64,000 bases of DNA from Candidatus Falkowbacteria bacterium. Its GTDB lineage: Bacteria > Patescibacteriota > Patescibacteriia > UBA11705 > JABHMO01. Below the pieces are notes generated by a model. That model was not told where the DNA came from, did not search any database, and worked only from the letters and a program-made list of their open reading frames with translations. How positions within the stretch are numbered: the stretch's first letter is position 1; each line of letters opens with the position of its first letter. The stretch covers positions 72,154 through 136,153 of the forward strand of contig JABHMO010000043.1 of assembly GCA_018693855.1 (NCBI GenBank), given 5' to 3'. A program made the translations under genes and the position numbers. Shown one piece after another: positions 18,975 through 30,253 of this stretch.

Positions 18975-19526
18975 ATGAAACGCTACACTTCGTTCTTTTA
19001 TATCATGCTTTTCGTATTTCTCCTGTCGCCGGCCTGCACCGGTGGCGGAGCGCCCGATCAGGGCGACAACGACGTCTACGACACAGATGAAGGTAACGTC
19101 GGCGACATCGATCAGATCGATGTGACTGACAACACCGAAATCAACGACGAAACGCCGAGCGACACGGCTGAGGAGCCGGTCGAAGAGGTTGAAGAGCCGG
19201 ACACGCAAATCGATCCACGTACTCCATTCCTGCCACTCGAGGGTGAATGGGAATGCGTAGAAGGTGATGGTTTTTACCAAGGAGATATCGTCAACCTACG
19301 TATTGCTGAATGGGACGCTGAACGGGAAGCCGTCAAGGTCATTGGCATCCAGCCATGTCCACGACTAGGCTTTTCGCAAAAAATCGCAGAAGATATTACG
19401 TTCTATGGTGCAATGGGCACTAAGTTCGAAGAAATTCTTTGCGACAACGGCACATTCAATCAAGGAATGAACATACTAACGTTCGATGCTGACGGAATCT
19501 TCTTCCAATACGAAAAACTGGAGTAG
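18975..19526 (+). CDS. Orphan putative lipoprotein with acidic linker
   Basis: Signal ending SPAC; Asp/Glu-rich tract; GGAGG SD; higher GC. Confidence 0.7.
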   Translation: MKRYTSFFYIMLFVFLLSPACTGGGAPDQGDNDVYDTDEGNVGDIDQIDVTDNTEINDETPSDTAEEPVEEVEEPDTQIDPRTPFLPLEGEWECVEGDGFYQGDIVNLRIAEWDAEREAVKVIGIQPCPRLGFSQKIAEDITFYGAMGTKFEEILCDNGTFNQGMNILTFDADGIFFQYEKLE

Positions 19527-19527
19527 T

Positions 19528-19560
19528 AAAGCCTGCTGGAACTTCGTCCACAGGCTTTTT
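19528..19560 (+). terminator. Intrinsic terminator
   Basis: aaagcctgctgga-acttcg-tccacaggcttttt. Confidence 0.7.
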
Positions 19561-19659
19561 CAATTCAAAAATCAATAGACAAAAACAGAGGCCTAATACC
19601 CCTGTTTTTATATTTTTTTTTATAACCATCAACGAACAAATGACTCAAGCAATAAACTT

Positions 19660-22600
19660 CTAGAAAAAATCCTGTGTACTTTGATCAGCAGCTGACTCTG
19701 GTCGAACATAAATATAAGAGCTGTACCACTGTCCTGTAGATTCATCAGATGATCTCATAAGACACTCACCATCGTTGCCATTTAGCCCGTCACCTAACTG
19801 GTAAACTTCTACAACATTTTGATTACACCAATTCCAATTGTCAGATACTGTAACGCGTGGTTTATATCGACACCACAGATTACCTTCTCGTAATACATGA
19901 CAATTTTCATTAACAACTTCATCGTCCTCGTCAACTGAACCACAAACAGGTAAACTCTCAGGTGAAGCACAAGTATAAGAATGAGAATAGTTAAAGTAAT
20001 CATCCGTACATGATTCAAAGGTATCACCCCAATTATCATAAGTATCAGTAGAGCAAGTGGCTGGTCTTCCAGTAAAATCAATTATACCATCACAATCAGA
20101 AGTTGAAGAGCAAGAATATCCAGGGATCATCTGACCATTATCTAGACACAGTCCAAGTTTTTCATGTTCTTGCCTTTGACATCTAGGTTTATGGTTTTTC
20201 AACTTACCAGTTGGTCCAGTTGGATCACTCTTATCTCCCCAATCAATTTTGACTTTTTTAATTGGCATTGCGTTTCTATCAGCCCATGCATAGAACTTCA
20301 AACTGACATCTGCTTGCGCACCAATTATTTCAACTGGCCCAGAACTGCTAGCACCGTCACCTGAAACAACTGTAATTGTGTTTGGAATAGCAGTATTAAT
20401 ATCATTATCATTAACAGTCTCAGCTACTCCCATTACAATCGGAGAATACACTTTATCGCCTAAACCTGCAGAAGAGTTAAAACTTTTCGTTAAATTATCC
20501 CAAGGCAAAGATGAAGTTGTATCTTCTACGTATTTCCATGCATACAAACCAACATTATCTCCAGCAGAAGTGCTATCATAGCTATGATCAAATACTGAAC
20601 TAGATTGAGCAAATAATCTTTTCAACTGCCAGTCCGAAACATTAGAGCTAGATTCCTTACTGATATCAAAACACATTGTTCCGCCGGCATAAGCAGCTTT
20701 AGAACCTAAGTTTAATCCTTGATCTACCACACCTTGACACTCTTTACGATTGGATTGAAGAGAAGATTCTCTAGAATTATCCTCACCAACCGCCAAATAA
20801 TTATACATGAAGAAACTACTAGTATCTTGAAGTGAGCTTGAATCATCAGGCAGAGCACCTAGAAAGCCACAAGCTTCAGGATATTCCAATGATTCTTCAA
20901 TAGACATTAGTGAAGCTTTTTCAGCGTCTAAATTACTTCCAATTAAATTATCCATTGAACCTCCGCTGAATGTATTACAGTTCGCCAAACCAACAGAACC
21001 TGTATCGCCACCACTTCTCACTTTATAATAATGATCTGAATAAATAGGACTAGAACTTGGAATTACCACGTACTTTGAGCAAACAGGAGCATCAGCTTCA
21101 TACAGCTCAATAGATGGTGTTCCTTGTCTTGTGATTAAATGCTTTGCCGCAATCATATTTGGTTCTTGATACTCTTTTGTATGTACTTGTCTATCAGAGT
21201 TATACTCTACTTGTATCTTTGCGTAGCAGTATTTAGTACCTAGACCACTTGGTTTCTTACAAGACATCTCCTCATCACAATCAGAATCACTATTACACAG
21301 ATTATCTGAACTTAAAGAATTTGTTGCATATCTAGTTCCTGAATCATTAATACAACTTAGATATTCACAGTCATCATCTGTACTTTCACAATTAGCATCG
21401 CCAGTATACAGTGCTCCACTAAACTTAAAATCTTCTTTTCCATCTCCATCATTATCAATATCGTCATCACACTGTTTTTTAGTTGTGTAAACACAATCCT
21501 CACAAAAGATATGATCACCTGAAGATGTATCTATACTATAAGAATGAACTCCGTTCGCTGTATAGTCTCTATTCAGGGCACTGCTTGCAAAATTCGGACC
21601 ATTATCAAAATACCATGAAAGTTTTGAATTATCAGCATTAGCATCTGTCACGCCAGTATACTCAGGAATGCATTCATGATGAGTAACAATAGTATCAGCA
21701 ATCTCTCGTTTATCACCAACACCTGGAACAAACGGACCTCCTTTATACAACTTCCATGATTTTGCATCAAAAAACGTTGTCAGACCTGGACGATATCCTT
21801 CTGGACAAACTGGTCCATTATAATCAGGACCAAAAGACCCTGTCCACGGATCTTCAATCGCAGCATCTCCATTGTTTTTAGCTCCACACTGTCTGAGGAG
21901 AGCTTTTGCAATAGTTAGTGAATCAAAAGCTTTCTGATTATAACTTGTTGGATCTGATGCTAAATTAGTTGTCCCAGCAATTAAACTATTAAAATAATCT
22001 TTATACTCTGGCCAATAATCATTACTAGGAACATTCGGCATATTATAATGAAGAGCGCCTTCATAACCATCTGAATAAGAATACATTCTATAAACATCCT
22101 CAAAAGAGGCTCCATGGAAGAACTCCCACCAAGGAGTACCATTAGTCCACTTCACATACGCAGAATTCCAATCAGATTGTTTATATTGCGTGTTTGGTTT
22201 CCAGTCACCGACCTTAGTATTCATCATATTTCCTTCGTTCTGTGTAATCGTAAATGACTGATCACCATCTTTACTATAAAAATTCCGAGGTGCAGCCAAC
22301 TCATCGTCATAATCCAGACTTAAATTGGAATTTAAACCATCATAATCACCACAACTTAAACTTCCGTCAGTTCTAGCAATGTAAGTATGACGTTTTTCCC
22401 ATCGCTCTGGTTCCACACAAAATTTAGGATCATCAGTACCTGCATATTCATCATCAATATAGAAACCAGCTTCTTCATGATTATCACGCAAATTGTTCAA
22501 ACCTTGCATGTTGTTTGTTGGATACCAGATTAAACATGGATGTTCTGATGTGTCATAAAGTACAGTTGATTCATCGTATTGCAAACAATATCCACTCAAA

Positions 22601-25600
22601 CCAGTATATTTAACTTTGTTCTTGTTTGCTTTTGCACATAAACCATTGTCTCCACAATCTTTAGTAGAGCAAGACTGATCTGTATCAATTACTGGATACT
22701 CTGAATCAGTGTCAGGAATTTTTTCAGGTGTTAAATCACAGGTACACGCAACATCTAAGTTATTCATACAGAATCCTGCATCAGGTGCTGGACTATAATC
22801 TGAATAGTTTGGATAGAACCGTTCATCAGAGCCATATCGATAACTCGTATAGAAACAACCATAATCTTTGTTATCACGTCCGGCAGGATTTTCTCGATGT
22901 GCAGAACTTAATGTAATAGTATTCACATTCTCATATCCTTCAACAGTATTTTCATCTATATATGATGGAAACGGAGATTCTTTCTGCGGATAAACTCGAC
23001 AACTCACAGCTGCTGAATCAGACAACGTTTCACTACCCGTTATAGACATTAAACATCTTCCATCAATATATTTACATTTTGCATCCAAGTCATTGTTACA
23101 CAGAGCACGACACTCGCTTCTAGTTGTATACTTATAACTAACTAATCTAAAATTCTCATCTGGGTATTCACATTTTGTATCACATGGATAATCTTCTCTT
23201 TCACCACATGAGTACGGTACATTATTTGGATTTGGACAAGAATTACCCGGTTCAACATAATTACCATCATCACATTTATTCAAATTACATTCTGTGTCAG
23301 TACTACAAATAGGATTTCCAACAGTACCACCACAGAATCGCGCTACTCTACAAATATTTGTACCCGTACAGTCATTATTGTTATAACATGCAACACCGGT
23401 GGACTCACCAGTTTCTCGACTATAACAGTACTTAGTGTTAACATCGATCGCTGTGTAATAGTTAAGTGGTGCCTTATCAACAATCGCATATCCAGAATAA
23501 TCCAAATCAAACCAACCCGTGTTTCTCGTTTTATATTTATCACCCGAAGTTAATGGTTCATTATTAGATAATAAATTTCTGGCAATTGGTGTTGTTACAA
23601 AATGTGCACATTTTCCATCAGCAGCAAGTTCTGTACATAAACCAAGCTCGTCACATTCTTCAACGTACGTATTGGCACGAGAGTCCCAACTCCAATGAGT
23701 ACTCTTACAGCCATACCAAGATGAACAAACTCTATCCTTCTTAACTTTAACAATTAAATTCGAGTCATTTTGTAATAATTTTCTAGCTGTACACTTGGCA
23801 TTTGTCTCAAGCAAATCTTCACTAATAGCCGTACTTCCCCCATCAGCACAAACAAATTGATCACCACTAACACCTGGAGCTGCATCTATCTGTTTTATTT
23901 TATCTAAACATAAATCAACCATGTCATTTCCAGCGTCCTCATAGATGGCCAGACATGCCTCCATTGCTCGACAATAAGTATATTCAGGAGAGCTACAATT
24001 TGGTTCAGTAATAATTGTATCTACATTATTATCATTATATTTCAGAGGCGACTGTGGTACATTCTCCTGTCTAACTTTGAAATATGTTTGATAAGCATTT
24101 CCAAGTTCATTACTTGACTGTGAAGTATCGCTTAACATCACACAACCAATATTTCTATCAACAGCACTATTACAACTTGTTTTATCAATATTTTCGTCGT
24201 TTAGATAATAGTAAGCCTTACCTCCATAATTTTTTAATAATGAAGCACCACTACCAACCATATTCTCTCGATCTGTTGGATCTAGGAAAGCAGTACATTT
24301 ATCAGCTTTGTTTTCACAAATTCCAACATAACCATCATAATCAGCGTCATCATTTCTAACAACATGATCCGTACCGTCATAATAATAATCTTTTGTTTCA
24401 CAAGGAATATCACCTTCATAATCATCTAAATCTGATTTTCTAATAAACCAACCTTCATAAGTATTACTTGCTCCAAGTAGAGAAACTGCTGTACCTTGAC
24501 GATATTCACAAACCCTATCATACGGATTTCTAAAATAGTAATTTGAACCATCCTTGTCAGTAAACTCTTCACATCCCTCTTCCGTTTCAGAACACAGAAT
24601 ATTTGAGTTCAATAAGTTATCAGGATTTATTACATAGAACTCTTCATCATATATACCTTGACCTTCTTTTTCTTTAACCACAGTACTACTGACTGTTGGA
24701 ATTAATAATAGATTCCCCGGATTATTTGGATCTTCAATAGAAACGCTTTGATTTGAAACAACGGTTAATTCAGGTTTCCCAACCGCAGTACAACCTTTTG
24801 ACCCAGCAGGACAACGACTATCATCATTTAAAACGAGATACAACCATTCATCAGCTCCGAAATTAATATATGACTTATCAGGATCTACCGATCCTGCCTG
24901 TTCAACTGGTGATGTATTTGCTGCAATTTCAATTGATTTTGGTTGATAGTCCTGACTGTTCTTTGTATCTATAACAGCTTCACAACCAACCTTGCTTTCA
25001 TCACAAAGTGAACTAAATCCTTTTAGATAATGAGTTGCACCATCTTTATCATTATACTCACGACATCCAACCATTGCTCGAGGTAGATCTCGAGTTGTGC
25101 TGTTTAATGTTATATCATTATCACAAGTCACAGGAATATCCCATGAATCTTTTATCAAATAATTAACATCATTCTTTTGAGCAATCTTATAATTATCTAT
25201 ATAGAAAGTGTTTTCACCAATAGACATAATCTCTACAGTTAAATTTGCTGAGATATTACCCTGAACTAAGAAATTAAATGTTTTGTACTCCCAATTTGAC
25301 TGACTAACACTAACAACACCAGAATCAAACGTTTCTCCACTAGGAGTTCCATCAGTAACAATCACTCGAATATCTGACGTTGCTGAACTTGCATCAGCTT
25401 TAATCCAGAAAGACAAAGCGTAATCGCCAAAACCACTTGCGACCAAATTTGTATATTCAGGTTTCGTACTTAATGTTTGTGAAACACCTCCAAAAACCAA
25501 GATTGGACCTTGATCTCTTGATTCAACTCTAAGAATTCTTTTCTGTTCTTCCTGTGATACATAATCAAATGCAGCACTTTTCTCTTCCCAATCAGAGAAG

Positions 25601-28600
25601 TTTGTTTCCAAAATAGTCTGTTCATCACCAGCAAAATTACCTCTATACTCTCGACATCCAGCACTATCAGAATCACAGGTTATACCTTCTCCAGGAATAG
25701 CCATGAAAATACATTCATTGTTCTGCCAAACACCTTTTCGCTGTTCACACTGAGACTGAGCTAGGACTGTAACAAACTGAGTACCTGTAAATTCAGTATA
25801 ATCTTGATATTGAAGAGTTCTTCTGTATGGATGACAGTTTTCACTACAAGAAATAACCTGAGAACTTAATCGATATGAAGCTTTTCCATCCTCATCGTAA
25901 TACTCTAGACAATCAGGGTTAGATTTACCTGCAAAAACATCAGCATTACAGCTAGCAGCGTTTGTCGCAGCGTCCAAAGTCGCGGGTTGAGTAACGTTGC
26001 TATCAGATTTCAAATAATGTGATTTTAACTGATATCCAGCATCTTCACTTGATTCCCAAGTAAAGTACATTGCACAACTACTTTCATTTTCAGGAACTTT
26101 CACGCAATGTTTCAACTGTTTGTAATACTCTTTTCCTTCCCCACCAACAGCTAGTTCGTCTAAATTAGTAAACTCTTCACAACCAACATTCTGAGCATCA
26201 CACTTCTCAGCACTTCTTGTAATTAAATATATAGGAAACTCTTCTTGTTCATAAAAAGTTTCTTCTTTTTTGAATGATTTATAACCAGCACACTCTTGCG
26301 GACAGTAATCTTGTGCTGAAGCAATACCGTAAACCTCACTTCCACCATCAGTTGGTCTATACTCATCACAACCAACTTCCTTTGCAGTACAGATCTCTGC
26401 AAAGTTTTCACAACCTCGTGGAAATGGACCTTGATCTTGGTTAGTCGCTGCTGTGCTTGCTAAAACAACTGAACTATCATACGGAGTTCCATAAATAGAA
26501 GCACTATTATAGCTAGTATCATAACAACCAATATACGAAGGCGCTTTTTGAACATAATTAATATTATTCAATGTAGAATCAGCACCATACGGTACGTATG
26601 AATGAGTTAAACCTTCCGCAGGAAAACTAATCTCCTCAACCATAATATCATCAATCTTCGCTCCTCCTGTTACTGTGAAAATCGGTTGTATCCAGATCCT
26701 ATTTTCTCGTAAAAAAGTTAAATCACTATTTTGAATATTGTTTGGAACAGTCTCAATTATTGAATAAATTCTATCCCAACTACCAGCAACAACCTCATCA
26801 CTACTATAAGAGCTAAAGTCTGTTGTTGTGTACAGAGTTGGTTTCGCAGCAGAGACGTGCGGTGAATACAGGTCAATTGCAACAGTTGAGCTATCTGATT
26901 CTTTTTTAATAAAAGCGGAAACAACAAAGTACCGTTTATTCTTCTTATAAACATTACCTATCTTCGGTCCATTTAAAACACCACTACTAGCAAAACTAAC
27001 AGCTGCAGTTCCTGACATTGCATCGTCAACCAAGAAACAGTTACTACCTCCACAATTAATACCAGCAGCTAAATTAGCATCATCCATTGCGCCTACATAT
27101 TCTTCAAAACTACTGTTTGGAGCTTGGTTTGAACCATAATCAACTTTTGTTCTAACAACTTCTGTACAACCTTCATCTGTTCGAGAACAACTTTGTGCTT
27201 CAACATTTTTATTTAATCTTATAATTGAATTACTAATATTATCATGAGAATAATCACTATTTTCATCATCTAACCAGTTCCACTGGTCTGTTACTTTTGA
27301 CATAGCAAGAGCGTACCATGAGCAACCAGCATTTGCACCATCACACATTCTATTATCAACTGTTTTATATACATAACCTTCAGTTCCACCACCTCGAATC
27401 TTCAAGCTTTTACAACTATCAAATGAAGCGAAACATTCATTTCCACCGAACTTCCAACTGTTCTTTTCTGCGGCACAGTATCCCCATGACTCACATTCTC
27501 CATTATCACTTTCCTTAATACAAGTCTTTACATCAGCACAATAAGAATTACGAGCATTTGTTCCTGGTGCAAGTAATTCTTCACCGTATCCTTCAATTTC
27601 ACATTTTGCTTTAGGGTATTTTAATATCCAATTTGGATTAATTAACCCTTCATACGGACTACCTGAAATATTAAACCCGTCTATTACTGTATTTAACGAG
27701 ACATTACCACCCGATGTTTCATTTAGAGTCGCAGCAATCTCCCAACCAATAGGTATAACTCGAGAGGTTCTAAGCTTTACTAAATTTGAATAACAAAAAC
27801 CTAACTCATAACAAGTATCAGTTGAATTTCTTGCATCATTTTTATGTATAATAGGTTTGTTACCATTGATATATTCCTGTTCAATAGCTTGAGCAACTGT
27901 TAAAGGTTCTCTTTGAGTTGCCATTCGAACAGCTTGCGCAAAGTTATGATCCATTACACAGTTGAACATGGTTGCATTTTTTGGACAACTAACAAAGTCA
28001 GATAATAGATTTATTTCCTTTGGATTATAATTTACACTAACTTTTTGTACTGTTGAATTAGCAAAAGATCTTTCGATTCTATCATCTCTTTTTTGTTGAC
28101 TTAAGTATCCAAAAGCAGCTCCCTGTGGTGGCACATACTCATCTGCTTCACTCTTAATACCAAAATCAAGTAATTTTTGAGTAGCAACTTTTAATCCCTG
28201 AGAAACAAATGTTGTTAAAAAAGCACTTAAAACTGCTGCGGGAATATCAGACATAACATGCATAGCAGGACCAAGTTCCGTTTTTTCCGCTTCCTGAATA
28301 GCTGAGACTTCATTCATGATATACCCACGCCTCAACCAGGCTGGAGTGGTAATATCTTTTCCAGAAATACTAGTTTTTGCTTTCATTCCTTGTCCTTCTC
28401 GTCGCTGTTCTTTCTCTGCAGAGAGAAGCTCGGCTTTAGTCTTATTTAATTGACCTTCAACAGTTAAAGCTATTCCGATATCAGCAGTTTCACGACTGGT
28501 TGCCACTTCCCAGCCAGACTCGAGCATCTTACCAGTCATAAAAGCAGCCAATTTATTTGGATCGTCTTTATATAAGGACTCATATGAACGATATTTTTCT

Positions 28601-29190
28601 GCTAGACTTGCACCAAGTGCTTCATAGTTACCTTTAATTTTAGTAAAAGTACAAAGAGGTTTCTCCTGCTCTTGATCATCCGGAATATCAAGTCCAAGTG
28701 TAATCTGCATTTTCAAACTAACATCAGGATCACAGATATCAAATCCAAGAGAATCCCAAACAGAGCCACGCAATGAATCTAAAAACTTACCAGTCGTATT
28801 ATCCACTATATCTTTTTGGAACTTTGCCCAAGTTTTTGAATAAAACATTGGATCACCTTTACCTTGCATGGCTTTTAGTGATTCAATAGCAGCCGTCCTA
28901 GCCAGACTTACCATTGCATTCCTCATTGTCAAAGCTGCCGTCAATTTAATCGAATTCCATAATTCAACAGTAATCGCCTCTTCAAGCTCATCAGCCAATT
29001 CATTCGCAGTATCAGTAAACCACTGATTAATATCTGTAGCTAAAGAAGTCGATTCAATCGCTTCTAACGCTGGAGCAGAGACAACTTGTCCAAACGCAAC
29101 ACCTGGTGCAACCAATTGAAAACAAACCAAAAATATAACGACTTTTGTAAATAGACGATTTAAACGATTAGGTCGATGAGAAGAATTCAT
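19660..29190 (-). CDS. Giant (3176 aa) exported Cys-rich protein
   Basis: N-terminal signal/TM, ~350-aa helical region, many GC-x-x-Y/F Cys modules, CDDDIDNDGDGKED motif, PKD-like IDWGD near C-terminus. Confidence 0.85.
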   Translation of the reverse strand: MNSSHRPNRLNRLFTKVVIFLVCFQLVAPGVAFGQVVSAPALEAIESTSLATDINQWFTDTANELADELEEAITVELWNSIKLTAALTMRNAMVSLARTAAIESLKAMQGKGDPMFYSKTWAKFQKDIVDNTTGKFLDSLRGSVWDSLGFDICDPDVSLKMQITLGLDIPDDQEQEKPLCTFTKIKGNYEALGASLAEKYRSYESLYKDDPNKLAAFMTGKMLESGWEVATSRETADIGIALTVEGQLNKTKAELLSAEKEQRREGQGMKAKTSISGKDITTPAWLRRGYIMNEVSAIQEAEKTELGPAMHVMSDIPAAVLSAFLTTFVSQGLKVATQKLLDFGIKSEADEYVPPQGAAFGYLSQQKRDDRIERSFANSTVQKVSVNYNPKEINLLSDFVSCPKNATMFNCVMDHNFAQAVRMATQREPLTVAQAIEQEYINGNKPIIHKNDARNSTDTCYELGFCYSNLVKLRTSRVIPIGWEIAATLNETSGGNVSLNTVIDGFNISGSPYEGLINPNWILKYPKAKCEIEGYGEELLAPGTNARNSYCADVKTCIKESDNGECESWGYCAAEKNSWKFGGNECFASFDSCKSLKIRGGGTEGYVYKTVDNRMCDGANAGCSWYALAMSKVTDQWNWLDDENSDYSHDNISNSIIRLNKNVEAQSCSRTDEGCTEVVRTKVDYGSNQAPNSSFEEYVGAMDDANLAAGINCGGSNCFLVDDAMSGTAAVSFASSGVLNGPKIGNVYKKNKRYFVVSAFIKKESDSSTVAIDLYSPHVSAAKPTLYTTTDFSSYSSDEVVAGSWDRIYSIIETVPNNIQNSDLTFLRENRIWIQPIFTVTGGAKIDDIMVEEISFPAEGLTHSYVPYGADSTLNNINYVQKAPSYIGCYDTSYNSASIYGTPYDSSVVLASTAATNQDQGPFPRGCENFAEICTAKEVGCDEYRPTDGGSEVYGIASAQDYCPQECAGYKSFKKEETFYEQEEFPIYLITRSAEKCDAQNVGCEEFTNLDELAVGGEGKEYYKQLKHCVKVPENESSCAMYFTWESSEDAGYQLKSHYLKSDSNVTQPATLDAATNAASCNADVFAGKSNPDCLEYYDEDGKASYRLSSQVISCSENCHPYRRTLQYQDYTEFTGTQFVTVLAQSQCEQRKGVWQNNECIFMAIPGEGITCDSDSAGCREYRGNFAGDEQTILETNFSDWEEKSAAFDYVSQEEQKRILRVESRDQGPILVFGGVSQTLSTKPEYTNLVASGFGDYALSFWIKADASSATSDIRVIVTDGTPSGETFDSGVVSVSQSNWEYKTFNFLVQGNISANLTVEIMSIGENTFYIDNYKIAQKNDVNYLIKDSWDIPVTCDNDITLNSTTRDLPRAMVGCREYNDKDGATHYLKGFSSLCDESKVGCEAVIDTKNSQDYQPKSIEIAANTSPVEQAGSVDPDKSYINFGADEWLYLVLNDDSRCPAGSKGCTAVGKPELTVVSNQSVSIEDPNNPGNLLLIPTVSSTVVKEKEGQGIYDEEFYVINPDNLLNSNILCSETEEGCEEFTDKDGSNYYFRNPYDRVCEYRQGTAVSLLGASNTYEGWFIRKSDLDDYEGDIPCETKDYYYDGTDHVVRNDDADYDGYVGICENKADKCTAFLDPTDRENMVGSGASLLKNYGGKAYYYLNDENIDKTSCNSAVDRNIGCVMLSDTSQSSNELGNAYQTYFKVRQENVPQSPLKYNDNNVDTIITEPNCSSPEYTYCRAMEACLAIYEDAGNDMVDLCLDKIKQIDAAPGVSGDQFVCADGGSTAISEDLLETNAKCTARKLLQNDSNLIVKVKKDRVCSSWYGCKSTHWSWDSRANTYVEECDELGLCTELAADGKCAHFVTTPIARNLLSNNEPLTSGDKYKTRNTGWFDLDYSGYAIVDKAPLNYYTAIDVNTKYCYSRETGESTGVACYNNNDCTGTNICRVARFCGGTVGNPICSTDTECNLNKCDDGNYVEPGNSCPNPNNVPYSCGEREDYPCDTKCEYPDENFRLVSYKYTTRSECRALCNNDLDAKCKYIDGRCLMSITGSETLSDSAAVSCRVYPQKESPFPSYIDENTVEGYENVNTITLSSAHRENPAGRDNKDYGCFYTSYRYGSDERFYPNYSDYSPAPDAGFCMNNLDVACTCDLTPEKIPDTDSEYPVIDTDQSCSTKDCGDNGLCAKANKNKVKYTGLSGYCLQYDESTVLYDTSEHPCLIWYPTNNMQGLNNLRDNHEEAGFYIDDEYAGTDDPKFCVEPERWEKRHTYIARTDGSLSCGDYDGLNSNLSLDYDDELAAPRNFYSKDGDQSFTITQNEGNMMNTKVGDWKPNTQYKQSDWNSAYVKWTNGTPWWEFFHGASFEDVYRMYSYSDGYEGALHYNMPNVPSNDYWPEYKDYFNSLIAGTTNLASDPTSYNQKAFDSLTIAKALLRQCGAKNNGDAAIEDPWTGSFGPDYNGPVCPEGYRPGLTTFFDAKSWKLYKGGPFVPGVGDKREIADTIVTHHECIPEYTGVTDANADNSKLSWYFDNGPNFASSALNRDYTANGVHSYSIDTSSGDHIFCEDCVYTTKKQCDDDIDNDGDGKEDFKFSGALYTGDANCESTDDDCEYLSCINDSGTRYATNSLSSDNLCNSDSDCDEEMSCKKPSGLGTKYCYAKIQVEYNSDRQVHTKEYQEPNMIAAKHLITRQGTPSIELYEADAPVCSKYVVIPSSSPIYSDHYYKVRSGGDTGSVGLANCNTFSGGSMDNLIGSNLDAEKASLMSIEESLEYPEACGFLGALPDDSSSLQDTSSFFMYNYLAVGEDNSRESSLQSNRKECQGVVDQGLNLGSKAAYAGGTMCFDISKESSSNVSDWQLKRLFAQSSSVFDHSYDSTSAGDNVGLYAWKYVEDTTSSLPWDNLTKSFNSSAGLGDKVYSPIVMGVAETVNDNDINTAIPNTITVVSGDGASSSGPVEIIGAQADVSLKFYAWADRNAMPIKKVKIDWGDKSDPTGPTGKLKNHKPRCQRQEHEKLGLCLDNGQMIPGYSCSSTSDCDGIIDFTGRPATCSTDTYDNWGDTFESCTDDYFNYSHSYTCASPESLPVCGSVDEDDEVVNENCHVLREGNLWCRYKPRVTVSDNWNWCNQNVVEVYQLGDGLNGNDGECLMRSSDESTGQWYSSYIYVRPESAADQSTQDFF

Positions 29191-29216
29191 AATATTTTAT
29201 TTTAAGTAAATATAAA

Positions 29217-30044
29217 TTATTGTTGTGCTTGAGCTTCAGCAAGAGCTCTTGAAAAGATAGATTTAAGGTCTTCATCAGAAACTTGATCCAAATCTGAATC
29301 ACTATAACCGTTCTGTCGTAACATTTCCCTTATTTGGTCTGCAGAATAGTTATATGGATCAACAACATCCGTACCAGTAGACAAATCCATATCCTGCATA
29401 GCATTAAACGCATCTGGATTTTCTTTTATTGCGGCTGTATAGAAAGCGACTAACTGTTCATCAGTAAATTGGTCAACTTGAGCTTGAGTCGCAACGCCAG
29501 ATTCTAGAATTAGAGCTCGGAGTGTATCAACAGGAGGAACAACTATTTCTTCATCGGGCACGTCCAGCAAACTGTCAGTTCCGCCCTCTCCACCATTTCC
29601 TGATCCAGAAAAACAGGTATATCCATCTGGACAGTTTGGATCTGTCCCTGCATAGATCTCTTCATAATCAGAAAGTCCATCACTATCACTATCAGCAAGA
29701 AACACGCTTGTTTCATAAACAAACTCTTCATCGTAATCATTTATTCCATCCGCGTCTGTATCTTTTTGCCGAAGAGCAATTGAATCTTCATTATCGTTTA
29801 ACAGTTCCTTAACATCAACTGCGTTATCACCTTTATTTTGAGCGACTTCAGCCAAAGGAACATTTAACAAAGCACTCATTCGAGCAAAACCAATCAAAAC
29901 TATGACAAATAAAATTATCACAAATCCAATAATAACTGTTTTGCGTCTTTTGTTATTTTTTTCTAATAGAGCCTGATCTTCTTCACTTACAACCACTTCG
30001 CCTTCGATCGGCTCTTGGTTTTCACCAGAGAATTCTTCATTCAT
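29217..30044 (-). CDS. Single-TM protein with DxDxDG (thrombospondin type 3-like) Ca-binding repeats
   Basis: DTDADGINDYDE, DSDSDGLSDYEE..GTDPNCP; directly upstream of the giant gene. Confidence 0.8.
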   Translation of the reverse strand: MNEEFSGENQEPIEGEVVVSEEDQALLEKNNKRRKTVIIGFVIILFVIVLIGFARMSALLNVPLAEVAQNKGDNAVDVKELLNDNEDSIALRQKDTDADGINDYDEEFVYETSVFLADSDSDGLSDYEEIYAGTDPNCPDGYTCFSGSGNGGEGGTDSLLDVPDEEIVVPPVDTLRALILESGVATQAQVDQFTDEQLVAFYTAAIKENPDAFNAMQDMDLSTGTDVVDPYNYSADQIREMLRQNGYSDSDLDQVSDEDLKSIFSRALAEAQAQQ

Positions 30045-30253
30045 AAGCTAAATAAAACAAAAAAATAATTTTGTTCTTTAAACAAATGATTTCACTAAAT
30101 TTATTATACCATAAATTCACTCTTCTAACTAAAAAAATAGTGGATAATATCCACATTCTTTTCCACTAAAATTAGTTAAATATTTTTCGTTTGATTAATC
30201 GCGAAAAATTGTACTTAAAACAACGTTAGTGATAAAAGTTTACTTAACGAAAT

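Noticed and set aside
18876..19280. 134-aa minus-strand ORF
   Set aside because: Antisense shadow of 18975-19526, which has promoter, SD, signal peptide and terminator
14223..19560. Prophage or integrative element
   Set aside because: No integrase, phage structural genes or att-like direct repeats recognised
19660..29190. Many short ORFs inside the two giant genes
   Set aside because: Alternate-frame and antisense shadows with no motifs or initiation signals
30045..30250. Replication origin at the DnaA-box-like cluster
   Set aside because: Only two or three imperfect boxes, no dnaA/dnaN nearby, and gene orientation does not switch
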